Origin: Sedimentisphaerales bacterium
GTDB taxonomy: Bacteria; Planctomycetota; Phycisphaerae; Sedimentisphaerales; Anaerobacaceae
Length of the DNA stretch: 64,000 nt
Direction of reading: 5' to 3'
NCBI GenBank assembly: GCA_040772485.1
Contig: JAXGYC010000007.1
Coordinates: 768,001 to 832,000, forward strand
Part shown: positions 18,153-27,519 of the stretch, piece by piece
Numbering within the stretch: position 1 is the first letter of the stretch
Layout: each line of letters begins with the position of its first letter
Position numbers and translations under genes: made by a program
The notes under the pieces: model-generated
Seen by the model: the letters and a program-made list of their open reading frames with translations, nothing else
Databases searched by the model: none
What the model was told of the DNA's origin: nothing

Positions 18153-20768
18153 TTACAGCGATTCGGCGACGGCCTCGACACGGCGCCACAGACGCAGCAG
18201 GTTGCCGCCCCAAATCTTGCGGATGTCTTCGTCGCAGTAGCCCCGGCGGACCAGTTCCACCGTGACGTTCAGCGCCTGGGCGTGGTTGGCAAATCCGCTG
18301 ACGGCCCCGCCGCCGTCGAAATCCGTTCCGATGCCGACGTGGTCGATGCCCGCGACTCGGACTGCGTGATCGATGTGATCGACATAGTCCTGGACGGTCG
18401 CGATGGGAACCGTTTCGGCCAACTCCTCGTAGCGCCGGTAGTACTCCTTCAGCCGGGGTCTCATCGCTGCACGCCGTTCCGTGGACCACTTCTGTCGTTC
18501 GGCATACGGTGGAATGCCCAACTCATCGCGGAGCCGGCGAACGGCTTCTTTGCGTTCAGGTGTTTCCGGCTTCAGGTAGGCGTCGAGAGCAACGATCTGA
18601 ATCACGCCGCCGTTGTCACGCAAGGCCCGGAGCTGCTCATCGGTGAGATTGCGCTCCTGTGGATGGACGGCCGAGCAGCCCGAGTGCGACACCAGGATCG
18701 GAGCTCGCGTCACTGCCAGCAGGTCAAAGAACGCCTTCTCCGAGATATGCGAAGCATCGCACATCATGCCCAGCTCATTCATGCGCTGGACCACGCGTTT
18801 GCCAAATGGCGACAAGCCGTTGTGCATTGGGTTCGGCTCGCTCGACGAATCGCATATCTGGTTGTGCTCCGTGTGACACAGCGTGACGTACCGGGTCCCT
18901 CGGTCGTAGTATTGGCGCAGCAGGTCAAGGTTTTCGGCGATGGGGAAGCCGTTCTCGATGCCGATCATGATCGCCTTCCTGCCGGTCGCAACGATCCGCT
19001 CTGCCTCGTCGGGACACGTCGCCAGGGCGCAGCGGTCCGGATACATGCTCTGCGTCAGTCGCTCGATCGCCGCGAACTTGCTGTCAGCCATCCTCTGCGC
19101 TTCGGCATACGTCTGAGCGTTCAACTCGGATGCCTGCCGGACGTACACCGCCAGGAAAACGCCGTCGACGCCTCCTTTAGCCATCTTGACAAGGTCACAT
19201 CTGAGCTGAGGATTGTCGACGCCCGGATCGAGGTCGGCCGTCGCGTACTGCTCATCGGCGATGTCCACGTGCGAGTCCAGGGTAATAGCGGCCTCGTGGA
19301 TCGTCCTGGCCCGAGCGATGATCAGCTCGTCAGTCGTTGGTTGCCTCAGCGCTGCGTCCATCCCTTCCAGCGCCGAGAGATAGAGCCCGTAGGAGAAATT
19401 GGTCAGCAGTTCACCTGCGCCGATTCGGTCGGTCTCATGGAGCCGCCGGGCAGCGTCTTCCAGGGGCTTCTGCATCGCGACCGCGCGGCTCTCGATCCGC
19501 TCGGCGCGGTTCCTGGCGGCCGCGACAAGGGCCGGCCCCTGCCGTTCGGCCTTGCCGCGGACGTTCGAGAACACCCAGAAGGCCTCGCGCGGATCGGGGA
19601 CGAACGGAGCGCCGACCTTGCGGTCGTAGACGCCGCTCGTCGGCTGTTCCGGCTGCGTGCGAAAACCGGCCGGGAAGTCCGTGATGCCAAAGTGAAACGG
19701 CAGATAGACCGAGGTTCGTGGCTCGGCCAGACAGACCCAATAGACGAGACCAACGTCGAGCGGCGGCTCACGGCGCAATTGCGCGACGAAGCTGGTCTGC
19801 GTCGCGCCGCTGCACAGCGCACAGCCGAAACCCGAAGCCGGCGATGGTTCCGGCGGGTTCCCCTCATCATGGCGAAGGATCTCCATAATATCCGTTACGC
19901 CGAGCTTGCGCTTGGGTGCTACGGAGAACGGTAGGTCGAAACCCGGTGCAATCTCCTGGCTCGCGACATACCTCAGTCCGGCCCACTGCCGGCCCGCGTT
20001 GTTCGGGTGAGAGGCCGACGCAGGATCGGCATAGACGGCGGCAAAGTCGAACGGCCCGTCCTTCTGTGGATCATACCACCGGCGCTCGATCGCGTACGTG
20101 ACGATGTCCTTCGACGCCAGTACGTTGTCTTCGTCCGCGAGATCGACCTGGCGGATTATGTACGTATTGGCAACCATCGCCACTTCGTTGTCGGGGACCC
20201 GCCTCGCGAGCCAATGCTTGCCTTGGACAGCGCAGAATAGCCAGCCCTCGTTCGGGTCGGCAATGATGTACGTCCGTCCTGAAGCGACATAGCCGAACCG
20301 CTCCACCAGCCGGCCGGCCAGCAGAACGCCCTCCCGCGCCGAGCGTGCCCGCTGCGCGATCAGCCTTCGCAGCATCCAGCCGATACCGCCGTCGGTGATT
20401 TTGGGCCGGTCCTCACGCGAGGGGCAACCGTCCGATGTGACGGTCACGCCCCATTCGTTGACGCAGGTGTCGGAGTAGAGCATGCCGGGCATTTCGGACC
20501 ACAGGTAGGCCCAGGTCTGCTCGACCTGCTCCAGCACACCGCCGTTGCGGAGCACCACCGTGGCCCCCGGCCCATGCATCTGCCTGGGCACCTTGTAGTG
20601 GTTGACCACCTGCGGCGGGTAGTCGTCCTCATTGTGACCCACCACCACGCAGCCGTCGGTTGACGCGTCTTTGCCCACGACGATGGAGAAACACGCCTCG
20701 CACGGCAGCGCTGACAGCGCCAGCATCACCATGGCAATCAGGATGAGGCCTTTGCACTTGGCAACCAT
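18153..20768 (-). CDS. Secreted fusion of a C69 dipeptidase (Ntn hydrolase) and an M19 membrane dipeptidase
   Basis: Signal peptide, then CFSIVVGKDASTDG..GHNED, VNEWGV, AREGV..G.LVE.FGY, IIADPNEGW (C69). Then LDSHVD, GIENG, CDASH, VSHSG, DHVGIGTDFDGG, IWGGNLLR (M19). Confidence 0.88.
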   Translation of the reverse strand: MVAKCKGLILIAMVMLALSALPCEACFSIVVGKDASTDGCVVVGHNEDDYPPQVVNHYKVPRQMHGPGATVVLRNGGVLEQVEQTWAYLWSEMPGMLYSDTCVNEWGVTVTSDGCPSREDRPKITDGGIGWMLRRLIAQRARSAREGVLLAGRLVERFGYVASGRTYIIADPNEGWLFCAVQGKHWLARRVPDNEVAMVANTYIIRQVDLADEDNVLASKDIVTYAIERRWYDPQKDGPFDFAAVYADPASASHPNNAGRQWAGLRYVASQEIAPGFDLPFSVAPKRKLGVTDIMEILRHDEGNPPEPSPASGFGCALCSGATQTSFVAQLRREPPLDVGLVYWVCLAEPRTSVYLPFHFGITDFPAGFRTQPEQPTSGVYDRKVGAPFVPDPREAFWVFSNVRGKAERQGPALVAAARNRAERIESRAVAMQKPLEDAARRLHETDRIGAGELLTNFSYGLYLSALEGMDAALRQPTTDELIIARARTIHEAAITLDSHVDIADEQYATADLDPGVDNPQLRCDLVKMAKGGVDGVFLAVYVRQASELNAQTYAEAQRMADSKFAAIERLTQSMYPDRCALATCPDEAERIVATGRKAIMIGIENGFPIAENLDLLRQYYDRGTRYVTLCHTEHNQICDSSSEPNPMHNGLSPFGKRVVQRMNELGMMCDASHISEKAFFDLLAVTRAPILVSHSGCSAVHPQERNLTDEQLRALRDNGGVIQIVALDAYLKPETPERKEAVRRLRDELGIPPYAERQKWSTERRAAMRPRLKEYYRRYEELAETVPIATVQDYVDHIDHAVRVAGIDHVGIGTDFDGGGAVSGFANHAQALNVTVELVRRGYCDEDIRKIWGGNLLRLWRRVEAVAESL

Positions 20769-20805
20769 GTTCACGACCTCCCGTTTCCGATGGGACCGAT
20801 AGGAT

Positions 20806-22077
20806 TCACTCTCCCGCCGGCGCACGGCGAACCTGATTCTCCGTGGAGGCCACCACGACGGCGCAGACGGCGTCCCCAGTGACGTTCACCACGGTGCGGC
20901 ACATATCCAGAATGCGATCGACGCCCAGAATGATCCCGATCCCCTCCAAAGGCACACCGATGCTGCCTAACACGATTGCCAGGGTCACGATGCCGGCGCC
21001 GGGCGTGCCAGCCGTACCGATCGACGCCAGCGTGGCCGTCAGCACGATCGTCACCTGCTGGGCCAGACTCAGGTCCATCCCGTAGAGCTGGGCCAAAAAG
21101 ACGGCTGCAACCCCCTGGTAAAGCGACGTGCCGTCCATGTTGACGGTCGCCCCCAGAGGCAGGGTGAAGCTGCAAATGTGGCGCGGCACTCCCAGGTTCT
21201 CCACAGCGCACTCGATCGTCACGGGCAGCGTGGCCGAGCTCGAAGCGGAGCTGAAGGCAATCAACTGGGCCGGACGGACGCCTCGAAAGAACTGACCCAT
21301 TCCAACCCTGCTGAACAACCTCAGAGCCAGAGAGTACACCAGCAGCATGTGCAGAAGAAGCCCGGCCACAACCACAGCGCTGTACTTGGCCAGCACCAAG
21401 AGGATGTGCAGACCGAAGTCGGTGACAACCGCCGCGATCAGAGCGAACACGCCGAGCGGCGCGACCTTCATGATCAGGTGCACCATCATCACCATGGCGT
21501 CGTTGACGGCCTCGAAGAAGCGAACTGCCGGCCCGCCCCGCTCGGCGCCGATCAGCGTCAGGCAGACGCCGGTCAGCAACGCGAAGAAGATGATCGGAAG
21601 CATCTGCCCTTCTGCAAAGGCCCGGATCGGATTCGTCGGGATGATGTTCAGCAGAACGTCTTTGATCGAGGCCGATTCGCGAGGCGCCTCGCCGGCGGCG
21701 TCCTGCTGTGCGGCCCCTTCGATCAGCCTGCTCTTGGCGTTCTCCGACAGACCCGACCCCGGCTGCACGAGGTTGGCCAGCAGCAATCCAATGCTGATGG
21801 CAACAACGGTCGTGCAGAGGTAGAAACCAATAGTCTTGGCCCCAATACGTCCCAGGCTGCGGACGTCGCCCAGGCTCGTGGTCCCAACCACCAGCGAGGC
21901 GAACACCAGCGGCACGATCACCATGCCGATCAGCCGCACGAAGGCCGTCCCCACCGGTTGGACGTACGTCGCGACGAAGGAAGCCAAATCCAGGCGGTTC
22001 GCCAGCAGACCGAATCCTGCCCCGACGACCATCGCCAGCAGGATCTTCGTATGCAGTTGTAGCTTGGGCATCGCCAT
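20806..22077 (-). CDS. Dicarboxylate/amino acid:cation symporter (DAACS, GltP/GltT-like)
   Basis: AFSSASSSATLP, LPLGATVNMDGT, ASIGTAGTPG, GVDRILDMCRTVVNVTGD. Confidence 0.95.
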   Translation of the reverse strand: MAMPKLQLHTKILLAMVVGAGFGLLANRLDLASFVATYVQPVGTAFVRLIGMVIVPLVFASLVVGTTSLGDVRSLGRIGAKTIGFYLCTTVVAISIGLLLANLVQPGSGLSENAKSRLIEGAAQQDAAGEAPRESASIKDVLLNIIPTNPIRAFAEGQMLPIIFFALLTGVCLTLIGAERGGPAVRFFEAVNDAMVMMVHLIMKVAPLGVFALIAAVVTDFGLHILLVLAKYSAVVVAGLLLHMLLVYSLALRLFSRVGMGQFFRGVRPAQLIAFSSASSSATLPVTIECAVENLGVPRHICSFTLPLGATVNMDGTSLYQGVAAVFLAQLYGMDLSLAQQVTIVLTATLASIGTAGTPGAGIVTLAIVLGSIGVPLEGIGIILGVDRILDMCRTVVNVTGDAVCAVVVASTENQVRRAPAGE

Positions 22078-22113
22078 CCGAGCTTTCCGCCAGAGATTCC
22101 GGCATCTGCCCAG

Positions 22114-22142
22114 ATCATAGCCCCGCCCGCCTCCCCCGTCAA
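22114..22142 (-). promoter_or_regulatory. Putative sigma70 promoter of the DAACS-peptidase operon
   Basis: TTGACG-17 bp-TATGAT. Confidence 0.65.
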
Positions 22143-22414
22143 AGAAGAACCCTCGTCACTGGCATATCATGTCTCGGCCGACCGTGCGACAGCCCTGCCG
22201 TCGCGGTCAGGGTCCGCTGGTGTCGCGACCCCTGCGTTCGCCATTGAGGTTGTCACGCGGCGTTGTACAGACTGATGATCTGTGATGGATTCCCTTTGAG
22301 ACACCCGACGGGAGCATGGTAGAATGTGGCCACGGATAGAGGGCGACGGGCAGGTTCGGGACCTGCGTGACAGCCTGGCTCAAGACAAGAAAGAGGACGA
22401 GAAGGAGGCAGAGA

Positions 22415-24241
22415 ATGCGGCGTGACAGAGATTTTAGCAGGTTGGTACGTGGTTTGGTGTGTGCGTTGGCATTGGTCTTGATCGCCGGCGCCGCCCGAGT
22501 AGAGGCGGCCGGGCCGGACGATCTGGCCAAGAAGATCGAGCAAACGCTCTCCGGCGTCCAGCGAAGGATCACAACCGAGCCGGCTCGGGCGGAGAAGGAA
22601 CTGCTCGAAGCCCGCAACCTGCTGGCCCAACTGAAGGAGGCGGCGCCCGACCATGCCAAACTCGCGACCCTGGTCAAACAGGCCGCTGATCTGACGACGA
22701 AGCTGGAAAGGCGGCTCGGACGGCCCGTCGGCGGCAGCGCCGAGAAGAAAGAAGAAGCCAAGCCGGCCGAAGCGCCGAAGCCGGCATCATCAGACCTGCC
22801 CAGTGCCGTCGTCTCACAGCTCAAGAGGCTCGAAGACACGCTCAACGCAGTGGTCGCGGCCCTGGAGAAGAACCAGTTGCAGACGGCGACCACCCGACTG
22901 GGGCAGGCGAAGAAGCTGATGGACGAGCTCCAGAGCCGATATGGCCAGAAGATCCCGGCCGGCAACGCCGAGTTCAAAGCCGCCACCGACAGGCTGGCCG
23001 CCGTCGAAGCCCAGTATACGCAGGCCAAGTCAACCGCCGATGCCGCAGCCGCCGCGGCCGCCGAAGCCGCCCGGCACAAGGAGACTCAATCCAAGGAATG
23101 GCTCGCCAGGTTCGCTCCTTTCTTCGACCCCAAAGGCGACCAGTATCTGCTCATCGGGTCGTCCTTCAACAACGCCTCCGAGGCGGACAAGGAGAAGTGC
23201 CGCCAGGCCTATGCCGAGGCCAACGAGCTGATGGCCACCTACAAGAAGACCGAGTTCCCCCACGGCAAAACGCAAGAGCTGATCTACAGAGAACAGTCGC
23301 TGGCGGGAACGCTCGCCATCTACAACGAAGGCGCCGCCCGCACCCGCCAGGAAGAGGCCTGCCGTCCGTGGGTCGAGAAGCTGCGTCCTTATGTCGACGT
23401 CGGCGCCGGCAGTCCGAAGTACCTGATCGACGGCGTCACGCTCAGCGAATCCGATATCCAGGAGCGAACCACCCTGCTGGCCGAGGCCCAGGCTCTCTGG
23501 CCCGAGTATGAGAAGGCCGAGTTTCCTCATGGCAAGACCGCAGAGCTGCTGTCTCTCGAAGAGACGATGAAGCAGCGTCTGCAGGATATGCCTGAAGTGC
23601 TCCAGCGAAGCCGGGCTCTGCTTTCGGCGGATATGGAGAAGGAGTTCGACCGCATCCTGACCTACCTGAACCAGGACACCGGCTGGCAGAGCGATCCGAC
23701 GAAAAAACCCAACCTCGTCATGGAGCGCGACGTGCTGCCGTTGCAGCAGGCGATCGAGCGCTATGCCGGGACCGTCGGGTCCGACGACGCCAAGCTGGCG
23801 ACCCTCAAGCAGAAACTCGGCCAGATCAAGGAGCAGGACCAGAAGAACCGTGCCGTGCGAGCCGAGCGGACCTATATGAACGCCGACCGTTTCGAAGGCG
23901 AGGGAATCGACGAACTGCGTCAGAAGGTCGAGGAGATCGTCAAGGAGAAATCCGCCTCTGGAAAAGCCCTCCGCATCACCCTGCCGGCGGGAAACTGGCA
24001 GGAGGAGAGCGTGCTCGAATGGACGGACACCACACGCACCGAACTGCGGTACCGCATTACGCGATTCATGACCGCCCAAGCAGCCGCCAAGGGGGCCGAC
24101 GGCAAGGTCTACCTGCACGGCGTACACCTGGCCAACGACCGGAACTCCGATGGAAGCTGGGGCCCCCTCCACGGCCACATCATGTGGTCGGACTGGATGG
24201 CCGAGGCGAACGTGAGCAAGGAGCCTCCCGCCGCCCCATAG
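22415..24241 (+). CDS. Secreted, mostly alpha-helical hypothetical protein with an internal repeat
   Basis: AAGGAGG RBS, signal peptide, typical codon usage, two EFPHGKT-containing repeats. Confidence 0.8.
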   Translation: MRRDRDFSRLVRGLVCALALVLIAGAARVEAAGPDDLAKKIEQTLSGVQRRITTEPARAEKELLEARNLLAQLKEAAPDHAKLATLVKQAADLTTKLERRLGRPVGGSAEKKEEAKPAEAPKPASSDLPSAVVSQLKRLEDTLNAVVAALEKNQLQTATTRLGQAKKLMDELQSRYGQKIPAGNAEFKAATDRLAAVEAQYTQAKSTADAAAAAAAEAARHKETQSKEWLARFAPFFDPKGDQYLLIGSSFNNASEADKEKCRQAYAEANELMATYKKTEFPHGKTQELIYREQSLAGTLAIYNEGAARTRQEEACRPWVEKLRPYVDVGAGSPKYLIDGVTLSESDIQERTTLLAEAQALWPEYEKAEFPHGKTAELLSLEETMKQRLQDMPEVLQRSRALLSADMEKEFDRILTYLNQDTGWQSDPTKKPNLVMERDVLPLQQAIERYAGTVGSDDAKLATLKQKLGQIKEQDQKNRAVRAERTYMNADRFEGEGIDELRQKVEEIVKEKSASGKALRITLPAGNWQEESVLEWTDTTRTELRYRITRFMTAQAAAKGADGKVYLHGVHLANDRNSDGSWGPLHGHIMWSDWMAEANVSKEPPAAP

Positions 24242-24434
24242 CGGCGGTGGCCTCGGCTCTCACGGCGCCCAGGGATTTTTCTTATGGGCTCCAGCCGGAT
24301 TTCCCCTATAATGAGGTAGACGAAATGGAGGTCGAACGGGTCCGGCATCGCCGGGTGGCCCGAACCATATCGGCGACGGAGCCCCATAGGTCTTCGGCAC
24401 ACTGACACAAGCAGAGTTGGAAGGAGGTCTCACC

Positions 24435-27377
24435 ATGAGCAAATCGCGATGGATCATCCTGTTGGCTGTGGGCCTGGTGGCCGCACAGGCTTGGGCTGTA
24501 GACAAATCCCTGGTCCTGTACCTGCCCTTCGACGACGGCGCCGGCACCACCGCCAAGGACGCCTCCAGTTACAGCAACCCCGGCACCATCGTCGGAGACG
24601 CTGTCTGGGTCGCAGGTCATAAGGGCACGGCGCTGGAGTTCGTCAGCGGCTCGCACGTGACGGTGCCGGAGATTCCCGAGTACGACGTAGCCGCCGAGGT
24701 CAGTCTGCTGGCCTGGGTCAAGGCGACCACGGTGCCGAACTGGGGCCGTGTGATCGACAAATCTCAATGGCAGACCACTGGTTTCGATCTGGTCCTGACT
24801 CAGAACGTCGGCCTGCCCCGGCTGGAGTTCTTCGTCAACAACACCACCTCGCTGGCGGACGCAACGACCGTGGTGATCGACAACGAATGGCACTTCATTG
24901 TCGGAACGTTCGGCAGCAAAACGATACACGTCTACGTGGACGGCCAGATGGAAGGCCAGGCCCAATCCGTCGGGCAGGTGGACATGAATCCGAACGATTG
25001 GCCGATCATGATCGCCGGAGAGACCAGCTCGAACGGTGGCCAGCAGTTCTTCGGCACGATCGACGAAGTCGCCATGTACAACCGCGAGCTTTCGGAGCAG
25101 GAGATCGCGGACATTTTCGAAAACGGCATGCCTCAGGCGGAAACCGCGGGCAATCCTCAACCGGAGAACGGCGCCGTCGATGTGCCTCGCGAGGTCGTGC
25201 TGGGCTGGACAGCCGGAGCGCTCGCTGCATCGCACGATGTCTACTTCGGCACCTCGCCGGCCGACGTCGAGAGCGCCACCCGCGCCAATCCGATGGGCGT
25301 ACTGGCCAGCCAAGGGCAGTCGGGCGCCACATACGACCCCGCCGGACTTCTCGATTTCAGTCAGACATACTACTGGCGGATCGACGAGGTCAACGCGGCG
25401 CCTGACAATACGATCTTCAAGGGTGAGGTATGGAGCTTCACCGCCGAGCCGTTCGCCTATGCGATCACGAACATCGTCGCAACCAGCAACGGCGTTTCGG
25501 AACCGGACTCGGGCCCGGAGAAGACCATCGACGGCTCCGGTCTCAACCCCGCCGACCAGCATTCGACCCTCAACGCCGACATGTGGGCCGCCACTACCGG
25601 CGGCGCCGAGCCCGTGTGGATTCAGTATGAATTCGACCGGGTCTACAAGCTTCACGAGCTTTGGGTGTGGAACTACAACGTCGTGTTCGAACTGATGCTC
25701 GGCTTCGGCTTCAAGGACGTCACAGTGGAGTACTCCGCTAACGGGACCGACTGGACCGTGCTTGCCGATGTTCCGTTCCCCCAAGCGACGGGCAAGACGA
25801 CCTACACGCACGGCGCCACGGTGGACCTCCAGGGGGTCGCAGCCAAATACGTACGGCTGACCGCCAACAGCGGCTATGGCCTCACCGGACAGTTCGGGCT
25901 CAGCGAGGTCCGGTTCTACTACCTGCCGGTGCAGCCGAGAGAGCCGCAACCGGAATCCGGAGCAACCGATGTTGCCATCGATACGGTCCTCGACTGGCGA
26001 GGCGGCCGCGAAGCGGTATCGCACGAGGTCTACCTCAGCACCGACGAAGCGGCCGTAGTCGACGGGACAGCCCTGGCCGGCACAATGAGCCAGAGCAGCT
26101 ACGATCCGGCCACGCTGGACCTGGCGGCCGAGTACTTCTGGAAGGTCGTTGAAGTCAACGAGGCCGAAGCCGTCAGTTCATGGGAAGGCGAGGTCTGGAG
26201 CTTCTCCACCCAGGAGTTCCTCGTGGTGGACGACTTCGAGAGCTACACGGACGACGTCGAGGCACACACGACGATCTACGACGCATGGATCGATGGCTAC
26301 ACCAACGAGACCGGCTCCACGGTCGGCTACCTCGACGCGCCGTTCGCGGAGCAGGACATCGTCCACGGCGGCGCTCAATCGATGCCGCTGTTCTATGAGG
26401 GCAACTCGCGGACCGACCACACAATCGACGGCGTGACAGACTGGACGGCGGGCGGCGCCACGACACTCGTGCTATTCTTCCGTGGCGACATGGCCAACGC
26501 CCCCGGACAGCTCTACGTGACGATCAACGGGACCAAGGTTCTGTACGACGGCGCCGCCGGCAGTCTGGCGACCGCGTTGTGGAAGCAATGGAACATCGAT
26601 CTGGCCTCGGCGGGCGTCAATCTGCGAAACGTCACCGAGGTGAGCATCGGCATCGACGGTTCCGGCTCCGGCGTGGTGTACATCGACGACATTCGCCTGT
26701 ACCGCGTAGCTCCGGCGGTCGTGGTCGCCCAGGACCCGGGCGCGGCATCTCTGGTGGCGCTGTACGCGATGGAGAACAACGTCCAGGACAGCTCCGGCAA
26801 CGGCTACCACGGCACGGCATTCAACGAGCCGACCTACGGGCCGTCGCTGGCCGGCCAGGGCCAGGCGCTTCAGTTCGATGGATTCGCCGATTACGTAGAA
26901 CTGCCCATCGGTCCGGTCCTGAGCACGCTGACCGATTCGACGTTCGCCACCTGGGTGAACTTCGCGAGCACCGGTGGCGACTGGCAGCGGATCTTCGACT
27001 TCGGCACCAGCAGCACGGCCGGCTACATGTTCCTTTGCCCGCGCATCCCGGCCGGCCAGATCCGGTTCGCCATCACACCCGCCGGCGGCAGCGAGTCGGT
27101 CATCCAGACGACCACCATGCTGCAAACCGGCTGGCACCATCTGGCGGTCGTGATCGACGCGGCGAACATGCAGGTTCAGGTCTATCTCGACGGCGACGTG
27201 GCCGCCAGCGGCGCGACGGCGACTCTGCCAAAGGACCTCGGCAACACGACACAAAACTGGGTGGGCCGCTCGCAGTACACTGCCGACGCCTACTTCTCCG
27301 GTTCGCTCGACGAATTCCGCATCTACAACCGGGCCCTCTCGGCCGGTGAAGTCCGCTATCTGGTCGGAGATCGGTAG
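24435..27377 (+). CDS. Secreted LamG (concanavalin-like) / discoidin-like multidomain protein
   Basis: Signal peptide; N- and C-terminal LamG domains (WHFIVGTF..YVDG, IDEVAMYNRELS; WHHLAVV..YLDG, LDEFRIYNRALS); YYWRIDEVN modules; LWVWNYN. Confidence 0.88.
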   Translation: MSKSRWIILLAVGLVAAQAWAVDKSLVLYLPFDDGAGTTAKDASSYSNPGTIVGDAVWVAGHKGTALEFVSGSHVTVPEIPEYDVAAEVSLLAWVKATTVPNWGRVIDKSQWQTTGFDLVLTQNVGLPRLEFFVNNTTSLADATTVVIDNEWHFIVGTFGSKTIHVYVDGQMEGQAQSVGQVDMNPNDWPIMIAGETSSNGGQQFFGTIDEVAMYNRELSEQEIADIFENGMPQAETAGNPQPENGAVDVPREVVLGWTAGALAASHDVYFGTSPADVESATRANPMGVLASQGQSGATYDPAGLLDFSQTYYWRIDEVNAAPDNTIFKGEVWSFTAEPFAYAITNIVATSNGVSEPDSGPEKTIDGSGLNPADQHSTLNADMWAATTGGAEPVWIQYEFDRVYKLHELWVWNYNVVFELMLGFGFKDVTVEYSANGTDWTVLADVPFPQATGKTTYTHGATVDLQGVAAKYVRLTANSGYGLTGQFGLSEVRFYYLPVQPREPQPESGATDVAIDTVLDWRGGREAVSHEVYLSTDEAAVVDGTALAGTMSQSSYDPATLDLAAEYFWKVVEVNEAEAVSSWEGEVWSFSTQEFLVVDDFESYTDDVEAHTTIYDAWIDGYTNETGSTVGYLDAPFAEQDIVHGGAQSMPLFYEGNSRTDHTIDGVTDWTAGGATTLVLFFRGDMANAPGQLYVTINGTKVLYDGAAGSLATALWKQWNIDLASAGVNLRNVTEVSIGIDGSGSGVVYIDDIRLYRVAPAVVVAQDPGAASLVALYAMENNVQDSSGNGYHGTAFNEPTYGPSLAGQGQALQFDGFADYVELPIGPVLSTLTDSTFATWVNFASTGGDWQRIFDFGTSSTAGYMFLCPRIPAGQIRFAITPAGGSESVIQTTTMLQTGWHHLAVVIDAANMQVQVYLDGDVAASGATATLPKDLGNTTQNWVGRSQYTADAYFSGSLDEFRIYNRALSAGEVRYLVGDR

Positions 27378-27430
27378 CCGCTCGCGTCCATATCGAGGAC
27401 GCACCAACGTGGATCATCAGGGGCCTGCAC

Positions 27431-27505
27431 CGTGGCGCGGGCATCTTGCCCTCGAACCACGGGCAGGATGCCCGCGACACGCAAGGGCGGGGCGCCCTCG
27501 CCACG
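27431..27505. repeat. REP-like palindrome
   Basis: CGTGGCGCGGGCATCTTGCCC ... GGGCAGGATGCCCGCGACACG, plus a degenerate third arm ending GCCACG. Confidence 0.7.
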
Positions 27506-27519
27506 CCAGGGAGATCGTG

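Noticed and set aside
24435..27377. LamG/discoidin protein as a novel system
   Set aside because: The architecture looks like an expanded paralog family typical of this lineage; nothing here is locus-specific.
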